Below, piece by piece: positions 10,000 through 22,577 of a stretch of DNA of 64,000 nucleotides. A program made the translations under genes and the position numbers. The notes beneath the pieces were generated by a model. The model ran no database searches. It was not told the DNA's origin and saw only the letters and a list, made by a program, of their open reading frames with translations. The stretch is from NCBI RefSeq assembly GCF_032444005.1, contig NC_091287.1, forward strand, positions 221,340,001 through 221,404,000. Direction: 5' to 3'. Source of the stretch: Ranitomeya imitator (lineage: Eukaryota). Within the stretch, counting starts at the first letter, position 1. Every line of letters begins with the position of its first letter.

Positions 10000-11830
10000 T
10001 CTTTAAGCCAGCAAAAAATCTCTTCAATAAAAGAGGGGCTTGGACATTCTCTTTGGGATCCCACGACCTTTCCTCAGGACTGAAACCCTTTCAATCCACT
10101 AGAAAAAAAGTCTTTCCCCTTACCCTTTTCATGGCCAAAATATTGTCTACCTCAAAGACATCCTACTTGCAGACAGGATCAGGAGTGGTGCCCTGGTCCT
10201 TAAAGAAAGAGCTCAAAATTACCGGTTTGAGGAGAGAGACATGAAAGACACGCAAAGAGGCAGGCAATTTCAATTTGTAAGAAACAGCATTAATTTGTTT
10301 CAAGACCTCAAATGGGACTAATGAAATGGGGTCCCAATTTGTAAGACAGCACCTTCAAATGGATGTACTTGAAGGAAAGCCACACCTTATCCCCAGGCTG
10401 AAAGGTCAGAGCATCCAGATGTCTTTTGTCAGCATGCCTCTTCATACGCAGTGACGCTCTCTCTAGAGCGATCCTGGTATTTTTCCACACCTTAGAGAAC
10501 TCCGCCGTAAGGGCATCAGCGGCTGGAATGTACGAAGATCCCAAGACAGGCAGAGGAACTGCAGGTTGATGAACAAACACAATCTAGAATGGAGACATAC
10601 TGATAGGGACTCAGGGGCAGCATGGTGGCGCAGTGGTTAGCACAGCAGCCTTGCAGCGCTGGAGTCCTGGGTTCAAACCCCACCAAGGACAACATCTGCA
10701 AAGAGTTTGTATGTTCTCTCCGTGTTTGCGTGGGTTTCCTCTGGGTACTCCGGTTTCCTCCCACATTCCAAAGACATACTGATAGGGGATTTAGATTGTG
10801 AGCCCCAACGGGGACAGTGATGATAATGTGTGCAAGCTATAAAGCGCTGCGGAATATGTTAGCGTTATATAAAAATAAAGATTATTTATTTATTATTTAT
10901 AAGAAAACTCTGCCCATGGTAGTACCTTGACCCAGTCATTGTGATGAACGTTGATGGAGTGATACAGGAGCCCGGACACGATCTGATTGATCCTCTCCAC
11001 CTGACCATTTGATTGGGGATGATACGCCAAAGAGAAATCCAACTCCACGTTCAAAAGTTTACAAGTTGCCCTTCAAAACTTAGAACTGAACTGGATGCCC
11101 CTGTCAGACACAATAGAAGAGGAAATCCGTGAAGGCAGAAAATATACCGAATGAAGTGGTCCGCAAGTTCAGGAACAGATGGCAGATCTGGCAGAGGAAT
11201 AAAGCGAGCCATTTTTGAAAAGCGATCCACCACGACCCAGATGACGGAGCAGCCAGAGGAGACCGGGAGATGAAATCCATGGTAATGTGCTGCCAGGGAA
11301 CCGAAGGAATGGGAAGCAGCAGAAGATGTCCAGATGGTAAGTGCTTCGCAGTCTTGTTTTGGGCACAGGAGGGACAGGCCGAGACGTACTCTTGATGTCC
11401 TTTCTCATGGTGGGCCACCAATAGTGACGGGAAATGAGTTTCAAAGTCTTCCTCTGCTGACATGACTGGCCAACTTGGAAGAGTGGCCCCAATGAAGAAC
11501 TCGCTGCCAGCCCAAACTGGAATCTAATGTCTTCGTGGGAGGAGCCCGAGATAGACTGACTGCGGCTACAGTCACCATTTTGGATGGCTTAATGATGTGT
11601 TGGGGCTCTTGTTCCAAGTCGGGAGATGGGAAGGCCCTGGATAGTGCATCAGCCTTGACATTCTTGCTGGCAGGCCGAAAATGAAGAGTGAAGATGAATT
11701 GCGCAAAATATAAGGACCATCTGGCGTAGGCTCCTGGGACGAAGCGGGACTCTGAGGAACAACTGGCCTCTGAAAGCTGGGAGCCAAGCGAAAAAAACTC
11801 CTTTCTCATGAGCGTTCCTGAAACCGAAGG
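10000..11830 (-). pseudogene. Decayed Gypsy RNase H end, integrase and chromodomain
   Basis: KNVKADALSR, HYWWPTMRKDI, WQHITMDFI, MVDRFSKMARFIPL, DWVKVLPWAEFSY, and a chromodomain-like block near 10000-10250. Confidence 0.85.
10614..10898 (+). mobile_element. V-SINE (tRNA-derived head, V core, L2-like tail)
   Basis: A box tggcgcagtgg 10626-36, B box ggttcaaaccc 10670-80, V-core gtatgttctctccgtgtttgcgtgggtttcctc...ggtttcctcccaca..ccaaagacat, tail aataaag(att)n. Inserted in the Gypsy integrase remnant. Confidence 0.9.
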
Positions 11831-11922
11831 TCAATCCGCGTTGTCAGGGAAATCAGGTCATCCAGAGATGTAGGGACGTCCCATCCTGCTAACTCATTCT
11901 TTATTCTCCCAGCCAGACCCTC

Positions 11923-12530
11923 CTAGAAGGTGGCTACCAATGCCTCATCACTCCAGGACAACTCAGATGACAGAATAAGGAACCAGATGGCGTACTGGGC
12001 CACCGTGAGATCCTCCTGCCAAAGGTGAAGTAGAGAAGAGGCTGTAGAAGTAGCACTGCCTGGTTCGTCAAAGGTCCTGCGGATAACCTCAAAGGACTGG
12101 AGGTCATTAACTAAAGGATCCCCTCTCTCCCATAATGGATTCAGCCAAGCAAGGGCCTCCTCAGCGAGATGAGACATGACAAGTGCTACCTTAGCCCGAT
12201 CAGATGTAAAGAGATGGCCCAGGAGCTCAAAGTGAAGTGTGCACTGATTAATGAACCCCCTACGCTGAGCGGGATTGCCGTTGAACCGGGTAGGAGCAGC
12301 CAGACGAGGTTCTTTACCTGACACATAGCCAGGAGCCTGGAAACCAGCAACTGAGGTGGACGCAGCCTGGGCCAGAGCAGACGAGGCCTTGGATATCACC
12401 GAATCCAGGCGAGTAGAAAAGTTCCGCAGATACATAGTGATCTTCTCCTGCTGATCCCTGTGACAGGTGACTTCCTGACATAACTCTGCGGTCGGAGGCG
12501 ATTGAGGGCCAGCGGGTTCCATGGCCTGAG
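11923..12530 (-). pseudogene. Gypsy gag (retrotransposon gag / PEG10-RTL1-like) fragment
   Basis: EPRLAAPTRFNGNP..RRGFINQCTLHFEL...F.SDRAKVALVMSHL...ALAW; truncated by the internal deletion. Confidence 0.88.
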
Positions 12531-12584
12531 CAATCTGTAACGAATGAAAGTGAGGCACATATGTTGAAGTGCACATTCGTTTAA

Positions 12585-14982
12585 CCCCTTACAGACATCC
12601 GCCGTACTATTACTGTGGAGGTCGGTAACCCCACTTTGATGAGGGCTGCGGCATTGAGCCGGCATCAAAGTCGGGACATGTCAGCTATTTTGAACAGCTG
12701 ACATGTGCCTGCAATGGCGACGGGTGGAATTGCGATTCACCCGCCACTATTAACTAGTTAAATGTCGCTGTCAAACGCTGACAGCAGCATTTAACCGGCG
12801 CTTCCAGCCATCGGGCTGGAAATGAGCGCATCGCCGACCCCCTTCACATGATTGGGGGTCAACGATGTGTCGGCATAGCAACCAGAGGTCTCCTTGAGAC
12901 CTCTATGGTTGCTGATGCCGGCTTGCTGTGAGCGCCACCCTGTGGTCGGCGTTCATAGCAAGCCTGTAATTCAGCTACATAGGAGCAATCTGATGATCGC
13001 TCCCATGAGCTGAGCCGATCAAGTTGTGCCAGCTTCTAGCCTCCCATGAAGCATGGCAAAAGTTAAAAAAAAACTTTAAAAAAATATTTAAAAAATATAT
13101 ATAAAAGTTTAACCCCTTTCTGACCTCGGACGGGATAGTACGTCCGAGGTCAGAAGCCGCATCAAAGTCGGGACACGTCAGCTGTTTTGAACAGCTGACA
13201 TGTGCCCATAATAGGCGCGGGCAGAATCGCGATCTGCCAGCGCCTATTAACTAGTTAAATGCCGCTGTCAAACGCAGACAGCGGCATTTAACTACCGCTT
13301 CCGGCCAGGCGGCCGGAAATGATCGCATCGCCGACCCCCGTCACATGATCGGAGGTCGGTGATGCTTGTACATTGTACCTCTACAGTTACTGATCCCCGG
13401 TAGCTGTGACCGCCACCCTGTGGTCGGCGCTCACAGCACACCTGCATTTCTGCTACATAGCAGCGAACATCAGATCGCTGCTATGTAGCAGAGGCGATCG
13501 CGTTGTGCCTGCTCCTAGCCTCCCATGGAGGCTATTGAAGCATGGCAAAAGTAAAAAAAAAAAAAAGTAAAAAAAATGTGAAAAAAATAAAAAAATATAT
13601 AAAAGTTTAAATCACCCCCCTTTCGCCCCATTCAAAATAAATCAATAAAAAAAAATTGAACCTACACATATTTGGTATCGCCGCGTTCAGAATCGCCCGA
13701 TCTATCAATAAAAAAAAGCATTAACCTGATCACTAAACGGCGTAGCGAGAAAAAAATTCGAAACGCCAGAATTACGTTTTTTTGGTCGCCGTGACATTGA
13801 ATTAAAATGCAATAACGGGTGATCAAAAGAACATATCTGCACCAAAATGCTATCATTAAAAACGCCAGGTCGGCATGCAAAAAATAAGCCCTCACCCGAC
13901 CCCAGATCACGAAAAATGGAGACGCTACGAGTATCGGAAAATGGCGCTTTTTTTTTTTTTAGCAAAGTTTGGAATTTTTTTTCACCACTTAGATAAAAAA
14001 TAACCTAGACATGTTTGGTGTCTATGAACTCGTAATGACCTGGAGAATCATAATGGCAGGTCAGTTTTAGCATTTAGTGAACCTAGCAAAAAAGCCAAGC
14101 AAAAAACAAGTGTGGGATTGCACTTTTTTTGCAATTTCACCGCACTTGGAATTTTTTTCTGTTTTCTAGTACACGTCATGGTAAAACCAATAATGTCGTT
14201 CAAAAGTACAACTCGTCCCACAAAAAATAAGCCCTCACATGGCCAAATTAACGGAAAAATAAAAAAAGTTATGGCTCTGGGAAGGAGGGGAGTGAAAAAC
14301 GAGAACGCAAAAACAGAAAAGGACAAGGTCTTGAAGGGGTTAATGCAATTTTCGTGAAACAACAGGACCACGATTCGAGGGGCTACAAAGGGGGAGTAAA
14401 AAAATTTGAACTGCCAGAATTACGTTTTTTTGGTTGACGCGACATTGCATTAATATGCAATAACGGGCGATCAAAAGAACGTATCTGCACCAAAATGGTA
14501 TAATTAAAAATGTCAGCTTGGCATGCAAAAATAAGCCCTCACCTGACCCCAGATCACGAAAAAAGGAATCGCTACGGTATTGGAAAATTGCGGGGTTTTT
14601 TTAAGCAAAGTTTGGAATTTTTTTGTACCACTTAGATAAAATGTACCCTAGACATGTTTGGTGTCTATGAATTCGTAATAACCTGGAGAATCAAAATGGC
14701 ATGTCAATTTTAGCATTTAGGGAAACTAGCAAAAAAGCCAAACAAAAAACCAGTGTGGGATTGCACGTTTTTTGCAATTTCACCGTACTTGGAATTTATT
14801 TCCTGTTTTCTAGTACACGACATGCTAAAATCAATGACGTCGTTCAAAAGTGCAACTTATCCTGCAAAAAACAAGCCCTAACATGGCCATATTGACGGAA
14901 AAAGAAAAAAGTTATGGCTTTGGGAAGGAGGGGAGTGAAAAACGAGAACGCAAAAACAGAAAAGGGCAAGGTGTTGAAGGGG
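12585..14982. mobile_element. Older TTAA-flanked piggyBac-like non-autonomous element inserted in the LTR
   Basis: TTAA|CCCCTT at 12581-90 and GAAGGGG|TTAA at 14976-86. The LTR sequence rejoins across it (compare gtgcacattcgcttaatgcaatttt at ~4316-4340). Confidence 0.75.
13113..14339. mobile_element. Second copy of the same piggyBac-like family inserted into the first
   Basis: TTAA (13109-12)|cccctttctgacc ... ggtcttgaagggg|TTAA (14340-43). Confidence 0.8.
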
Positions 14983-16500
14983 TTAATGCAATTTTCGTGA
15001 AACCACAGGACCACGATTCGAGGGGCTACGAAGGGGGAGTAACTATGCAAACCCCTGACATCTGTAGCAAGACCCCTCAAACAGGGCCAGGTTGGAGTGC
15101 CCAAGGGACGCAAGGTGCTACCTCCAGTTAGACCCTGAACACGTGGAAGCTGACCCAGCGGGACAGCCAGCGTGACAAGAACTGCAGGAGATGGAGACTT
15201 TGGAAGATACCAGATGACTGGAATGGGTGGGTGGCAGAGGCTGGCGGTAACCAGAGCAGAGGGCACTGGAATAGTCCAGAGAGGCGAAGAAAGGCTCGGC
15301 TGGTACTCTGGGAAGACAAACCGGAATTAGCCACGCACTCGTAGAATACAGGCACACAGGAACAAGGGGCGTGGAATTAGCAACAGGAAACATATTGCTC
15401 AGGCACCTCCCTTAGGACAGAGGTGTTTGAAATAGCAAGAATCGCACAGTCATTTGGTTGAAGCACTTTTTGGAATTAGCGCGCTGTCTCTTTAAGAGCA
15501 TGCGCGCGCCCTCAGAACCATACCAGGATGCCTGCGGGGAGCACTCAGCATCCAGGAAGCAGGAGCAGGACATGTGGGACAATAGTCAGAGGCTTCAGAG
15601 GGTCGGTGCGTCTGCTGGGAATCGTGCAGAAGCGCCAGCCCCAAGGTGAGGAGCTAGATGGGGCCTGTGCCTGCTAGGTGGAGTGGGCTGGGCTATGTGG
15701 AGTGGGTGTGGCTCGGTACATGCACACACACTCACACACATACATACACTCAACTTTATATATTAGATTAGGCCTAACACATTTCAAACATTAACATAAC
15801 TTTATTGTTAACAAAAATATAAAAAATTACAACATAGAAACTGCATTGTCTTGCCATGGAGTATATCCCTCTGGTGAAACAAAATAATTAGTAAACACAT
15901 CACGCACTTTAAGTCCAGAGGCCTGACGACATGGATGATGTACATGTGTAGTAGCCATGCCATTATTTCCACCCACACCATCATCACCATCATTTGTTGT
16001 GCAGTCATGGATTCTGGTGAAGCTGTGAAGTATCACACAAGGCTTTAATAACCACATTCACATATCCTTCACGAAGTTGAATGGTTGACTGCAGGACCCA
16101 CCATTTGGCACTGAGAATGCCAAATGCACACTCCACTAATCGTTGTGCACCGAAAATTAAACACTCTTCACAGGTGGTCCAGGGCTCTACATCGATAGGG
16201 CCTCATGATGTTATGGTTCAATTGAAAGGCCTCATCAGCAACCATCACATAAGGCACCGCTTTCATAGTAGACCCTGATAGCTGACGTGGGGGTGGGAGG
16301 TCCAAGTCATTACTGCGCAGCTTCTGACCCATTATGGAAGAATTGGAGACTTTGGAGTCTCCAGTTCTTCCATAGGCCCCAATATCAACAATTATAAACC
16401 TGTATGTGCTGTCAAGCAGGACCAACAGCACTACAGAAAAAAATTGTTTGTACTTGTAATATTGGGACCCTGAGTTGGGCAGCTTACAAACACGAATGTG

Positions 16501-16862
16501 TGTGACGGGGGTAAGAAACCAGACGGGAGCGTAAGAACCAGAGGGCAAGTCAGGAGCGTAGTCAGGGGCGAGCCGAGGGGTCAGGAAACCAGAGAGGACT
16601 GAACGGTACCAAAATGGAAGACTGAAGCACAAGTCAGGGAACAAACCAGGTCATACACAGTAAGGATCACTCACAGAGGAACAACAATTATAGCATAGTA
16701 ACCTGGGTCACCTGCTCAAGCCGAGTGAACAGCAGTATCACCGACACCGAACCCAGGAAGTACCATCACTAAAAAGCCATCCCTGAACCAGAGAGAGACA
16801 AATTAAATTAACCCTGATCCGACCAGGATGGAAAAAGAACAACCTCGTCCTGGATCATGACA
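16501..16862. mobile_element. Solo LTR
   Basis: TG...CA termini (tgtgac...atgaca); 5-bp TSD ATGTG at 16496-500 and 16863-67. Confidence 0.85.
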
Positions 16863-16872
16863 ATGTGCTTCC

Positions 16873-19800
16873 TGTTGTGAATTCTGCTCTTGGGCTCCCT
16901 CCGGTGGTTATGAGTGGTAGTGCTGCTGTCTTTGGATCGCAGCATTTATCAGGTGTGTCCACTTGGACAAATTGCAATTTGGACTGGGCTATTTAGTCTT
17001 GCTTGATCCTTTAGTCAGTGCCAGTTGTCCATTGTTTTGGAGGATTCACATCCCTGACTGGTCTCTCCTGTTTGCTGTTCTTTTCATCAAAGATAAGTTC
17101 TGGCTTTGTTTTTGCTGTCCACATGCTGTGGGCCTTATAGTTCTGTGCATTTTCATGTTTTGTCTTGTCCAGCTTTGTCTGTGTTAGGATTTTTTGCAGC
17201 CAAGCTGTATCTCTGGAGATGCAGATATACCCTCCATGTCTTTAGTCAGATGTGGAGTTTTGTATTTTCTGTGGTGGATATTTTCTAGTGTTTTAATACT
17301 GACCACATAGTTCTCTGTCCTATTCTTTCTTTTTAGCTAGAAAGGCCTCCTTTGCTAATCCTGATTTCAGTCTGCGTATATGTCATTTCCCTCTCCTCTC
17401 ACAGTCAATATTTGTGGGGGGCTGTCTATCCTTTGGGGATTTTCTCTGAGGCAAGATAGTTTTCCCATTTCTATCTTTAGGGGAAGTTAGTCCTTAGGCT
17501 GTGTCGAGGTGTCTAGGGAGTGTTAGGTACATCCCACAGCTACTTCTAGTTGCGGTGCTAAGTTCAGGGTCTGCCGTCAGTACAGGTACCACCTTCACCA
17601 GAGTACGTCACATGCTGCTCCTAGGCCACCAGATCATAACAGTACAACTGGCCAACAATGAGTTAAACGCATCTCAGAAGAAGGGAAGGAAAGTGCTGAG
17701 CCATTTTTTTTCTGTAGTCTGTTTTGTCTTTCCGTCCCTCTTTTTCTCTGGGTGGCTCAGGAGTTAGGCGCTGGCATGGAGGTTCAGGAATTGGTTTCTC
17801 GTGTGGACCAACTAGCTGCTAGAGTACAGTGTATTTCCGATTATATCGTTCAGACTCCAGTTTTAGAGCCTATAATTCCTACTCCTGATTTGTTTTTTGG
17901 GGACAGGTCCAAATTTTTGAGCTTTAAAAATAACTGTAAACTGTTTTTTGCTCTGAAACCCTGTTCTTCTGGTGACCCCATTCAGCAGGTTAATATTGTT
18001 ATTTCCCTGCTGCGTGGTGATCCCCAGGATTGGGCATTTTCCCTGGAATCTGGGAATCCTGCTTTGCTTAATGTAGACACCTTTTTTCAGGCGCTAGGGT
18101 TATTGTATGATGAACCTAATTCAGTGGATCATGCAGAGAAGACCTTGTTGGCCCTGTGTCAGGGTCAAGAAGCGGCAGAATCGTATTGCCAGAAATTTAG
18201 AAAATGGTCTGTATTGACTAAATGGAATGAGGATGCCTTGGCGGCAATTTTCAGAAAGGGTCTTTCTGAATCCGTTAAAGATGTTATGGTTCCCCACGCC
18301 TGCTGGTCTGAGTGATTTTATGTCTCTGGCCATTCAGATTGATCGGCGCTTGCGCGAGCACAGAGTTGTGCACACTGTGGCGTTGTCCTCCGAGCGGAGC
18401 CCTGAGCCTATGCAGTGTGATAGGATTTTGTCTAGAGTTGAATGACAAAGATTCAGGCGTCAGAATAGGTTGTGTTTTTACTGCGGCGATTCTGCTCATG
18501 TTATTTCTGATTGCCCTAAGCGTACTAAGAGAATCGCTAGTTCTGTTACCATCAGTACTGTACAACCTAAATTTCTGTTATCTGTGACCTTGATCTGCTC
18601 ATTATCATCATTTTCTGTCATGGCATTTGTGGATTCAGGCGCCGCTCTGAACTTAATGGACTTAGAATTTGCCAGACGTTGTGGTTTCCCCTTGCAGCCT
18701 TTGCAGAACCCTATTCCTTTAAGTGGCATTGATGCTACACCGTTGGCTAAAAATAAACCTCAGTTTTGCACACAGCTGACCAGGTGCATGGCGCCAGCCC
18801 ATCAGGAAGATTGTCGTTTTCTGGTGTTGCATAATTTGCATGATGCTATTGTGCTAGGTTTTCCATGGTTACAGGTACATAATCCAGTGTTGGATTGGAA
18901 ATCTATGTCTGTGACTAGTTGGGGTTGTCAGGGGGTTCATGGTCACGTTCCTTTGATGTCAATTTCCTCTTCCCCCTCTTCTGAAATTCCTGAGTTTTTG
19001 TCAGATTTCCAGGATGTATTTGATGAGCCCAAATCCAGTTCCCTTCCACCGCATAGGGACTGTGATTGTGCTATTGACTTGATTCCAGGCTGTAAATTCC
19101 CTAAGGGACGACTTTTCAACCTATCTGTGCCAGAACATGCCGCCATGCGGAGCTATATTAAGGAGTCTTTGGAGAAAGGGCATATTCGGCCATCTTCTTC
19201 ACCATTGGGAGCAGGTTTTTTTTTGTTGCCAAGAAGGATGGCTCCTTGAGACCCTGTATTGATTATCGCCTCTTGAATAAGATCACGGTCAAATTTCAAT
19301 ATCCTTTGCCTTTGCTTACTGATTTGTTTGCTAGGATTACGGGGGCTAGTTGGTTTACTAAGATTGACCTTCGAGGGGCATATAATCTTGTTCGTATTAA
19401 GCAGGGTGACGAATGGAAAACTGCATTTAATACGCCCAAAGGCCATTTTGAATACCTTGTGATGCTATTCGGACTCTCTAATGCCCCATCTGTGTTCCAG
19501 TCCTTCATGCATATCTTTCGGAGTTATCTTGATAAATTCATGATTGTATATTTGGATGATATTTTGATTTTTTCCGATGATTGGGAGTCTCATGTGAAAC
19601 AGGTCAGGATGGTATATCAGATCCTCCGTGAGAATGCTTTATTTGTGAAGGGGTCTAAGTGCCTCTTTGGAGTGCAGAAGGTTTCTTTTTTGGGCTTCAT
19701 TTTTTCTCCCTCATCTATAGAAATGGATCCGGTTAAGGTTCAGGCCATTCATGATTGGATTCAGCCCACATCTGTGAAGAGCCTTCAGAAATTCTTGGGC

Positions 19801-22577
19801 TTTGCTAATTTTTATCGTCGTTTCATTTCCAACTTCTCCAGTGTGGTTAAACCTCTGACCGATTTAACGAAGAAAGGCACTGATGTGACGAATTGGTCAT
19901 CCGCGGCTGTTTCTGCCTTTCAGGAGCTTAAACACCGATTTCCTTCTGCCCCTGTGTTGCGTCAGCCGGATGTTTCTCTTCCATTTCAGGTTGAGGTTGA
20001 CGCGTCTGAGATTGGGGCAGGGGCCATTTTGTCTCAGAGGAATTCTGATGGTTCCTTGATGAAACCGTGTGCCTTCTTTTCTCGGAAGTTTTCGCCTGCG
20101 GAACGCAATTATGATGTCGGCAATCGGGAGTTGTTGGCTATGAAGTGGGCATTTGAGGAGTGGCGACATTGGATTGAGGGGGTCAAGCACCGTATTGTGG
20201 TCCTGACCAATCATAAAAATCTGATTTTCCTCGAGTGTGCCAAACAACTGAACCCTAGACAGGCTCGATGGTCCCTGTTTTTCTCCCGTTTTGATTTTGT
20301 GGTCTCGTATCTTCCGGGTTCTAAGAATGTTAATGCTGATGTCCTCTCTAGGAGTTTTTTGCCTGATTCTCCTGGGGTCCTTGAGTCGGTCGGCATTCTG
20401 AAGGAAGGGGTGATTCTTTCTGCCATCTCCCCTGATTTACGACGGGTTCTTCAGGAATTTCAGGCTGATAAACCTGACCGCTGTCCAGTGGGGAAACTGT
20501 TTGTTCCTGATAGTTGGACTAGTAAAGTGATTTCTGAGGTTCATTGTTCTGTGTTGGCTGGCCATCCTGGGATTTTTGGTACCAGAGATTTGGTTGGTAG
20601 GTCCTTTTGGTGGCCTTCTTTGTCGCGGGATGTGCATTCTTTTGTGCAGTCCTGTGGGACTTGTGCGCGGGCCAAGCCTTGTTGTTCCCGTGCTAGTGGG
20701 TTGCTTCTGCCTTTGCCGGTCCCTGAGAGGCCTTGGACGCATATTTCTATGGATTTTATTTCAGATCTTCCGGTTTCCCAGAGGATGTCGGTTATCTGGG
20801 TGGTTTGTGATCGGTTTTCTAAGATGGTTCATTTGGTACCTTTGCCTAAATTGCCTTCCTCTTCTGATTTGGTTCCGTTGTTTTTTCAGCATGTGGTTCG
20901 TTTGCATGGCATTCCGGAGAATATTGTGTCTGATAGAGGTTCCCAGTTTGTTTCTAGGTTTTGGCGGGCCTTTTGTGCAAGGCTGGGCATTGATTTGTCT
21001 TTTTCTTCCGCATTTCATCCTCAGACAAATGGCCAAACCGAGCGAACTAATCAGACTTTGGAAACTTATTTGAGATGCTTTGTGTCTGCTGATCAGGATG
21101 ATTGGGTGGCTTTCTTGCCATTGGCCGAGTTTGCCCTTAATAATCGGGTTAGTTCTGCTACCTTGGTTTTGCCTTTTTTTTGTAATTTTGGTTTTCATCC
21201 TCGTTTTTCTTCAGGGCAGGTTGAGCCTTCTGGTTGTCCTGGTGTGGATTCTGTGGTTGACAGTCTGCAGCAAATTTGGGCTCATGTGGTGGACAATTTG
21301 GTGTTGTCTCAGGAGGAGGCTCAGCGTTTTGCTAACCGTCATCGGTGTGTTGGTTCCCGGCTTCGGGTTGGGGATTTGGTCTGGTTGTCTTCCCGTCATG
21401 TTCCTATGAAGGTTTCTTCCCCTAAGTTCAAGACTCGGTTTATTGGTCCTTATAGGATTTCTGAGATTATCAATCCAGTGTCTTTTCGTTTGGCCCTTCC
21501 AGCCTCTTTTTCCATCCATAATATTTTCCATAGATCTTTGTTGCGGAAGTATGTGGTGCCCGTTGTTCCCTCTGTTGATCCTCCGGCTCCGGTGTTGATT
21601 GATGGGGAGTTGGAGTATGTGGTTGAGAAGATTTTGGACTCTCGTTTTTCAGAACGAAGCTTCAGTATCTTGTCAAATGGAAGGGTTATGGCCAGGAGGA
21701 TAATTCTTGGGTTGTTGCCTCCGATGTTCATGCTGACGATTTGGTTCGTGCCTTTCATTTGGCTCGTCCTGATCGGCCTGGGGGCTCTGGTGAGGGTTCG
21801 AGGGGGTACTGTTGTGAATTCTGCTCTTGGGCTCCCTCCGGTGGTTATGAGTGGTAGTGCTGCTGTCTTTGGATCGCAGCATTTATCAGGTGTGTCCACT
21901 TGGACAAATTGCAATTTGGACTGGGCTATTTAGTCTTGCTTGATCCTTTAGTCAGTGCCAGTTGTCCATTGTTTTTGGAGGATTCACATCCCTGAATGGT
22001 CTCTCCTGTTTGCTGTTCTTTTCATCAAAGATAAGTTCTGGCTTTGTTTTTGCTGTCCACATGCTGTGGGCCTTATAGTTCTGTGCATTTTCATGTTTTG
22101 TCTTGTCCAGCTTTGTCTGTGTTAGGATTTTTTGCAGCCAAGCTGTATCTCTGGAGATGCAGATATATCCTCCATGTCTTTAGTCAGATGTGGAGTTTTG
22201 TATTTTCTGTGGTGGATATTTTCTAGTGTTTTAATACTGACCGCATAGTTCTCTGTCCTATTCTTTCTTTTTAGCTAGAAAGGCCTCCTTTGCTAATCCT
22301 GATTTCAGTCTGCGTATGTCATTTCCCTCTCCTCTCACAGTCAATATTTGTGGGGGGCTGTCTATCCTTTGGGGATTTTCTCTGAGGCAAGATAGTTTTC
22401 CCGTTTCTTTCTTAAGGTGAAGTTAGTCCTTAGGCTGTGTCGAGGTGTCTAGGGAGTGTTAGGTACATCCCACGGCTACTTCTAGTTGCAGTGCTAAGTT
22501 CAGGGTCTGCGGTCAGTACAGGTACCACCTTCTCCAGAGTACGTCACATGCTGCTCCTAGGCCACCAGATCATAACA
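16873..22577 (+). mobile_element. Full-length chromovirus (Ty3/Gypsy, sushi-like) LTR retrotransposon
   Basis: LTRs 16873-17641 and 21810-22577 (TGTTG...TAACA, about a dozen differences by eye). PPT gagggttcgaggggg before the 3' LTR. Flanks gcttcc on both sides. Confidence 0.97.
17776..21790 (+). pseudogene. gag-pol: gag, CCHC, protease, RT, RNase H, integrase, chromodomain; several frameshifts and a stop
   Basis: CFYCGDSAHVISDC, FVDSGA, YLDDILIF, EVDASEIG, H...H...CGTC, MDF..D...[16 protein letters not shown]. Lesions near 18290, 18443, 19225 and 21655. Confidence 0.95.

Larger units (their letters stand above)
4281..15650 (-). mobile_element. Old, internally deleted chromodomain Ty3/Gypsy LTR element hosting nested insertions
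   Basis: Left (3') LTR is tgtaatgaa at 4281 to gctaca at 9974, split by the Penelope insertion; the PPT complement follows at 9975. Internal region 9975-12535. Right (5') LTR starts tgtaacgaa at 12536, is split by TTAA elements and is truncated at ~15650. Confidence 0.85.

Noticed and set aside
10614-10690. tRNA-like sequence with A and B boxes
   Set aside because: It is the head of a V-SINE, followed by the V core and LINE-type tail, with no complete cloverleaf. Not a tRNA gene.
19296-21914. Multiple antisense and alternative-frame ORFs over Gypsy pol, and over the GC-rich Ngaro ORF1 (27773-28843)
   Set aside because: They are shadow ORFs of coding or GC-rich sequence with no recognisable motifs.
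16873-22577. Idea that the Gypsy was mobilised in trans because its ORFs are broken while its LTRs are similar
   Set aside because: About a dozen LTR differences in ~770 bp is compatible with four or so lesions in 4 kb arising after insertion.
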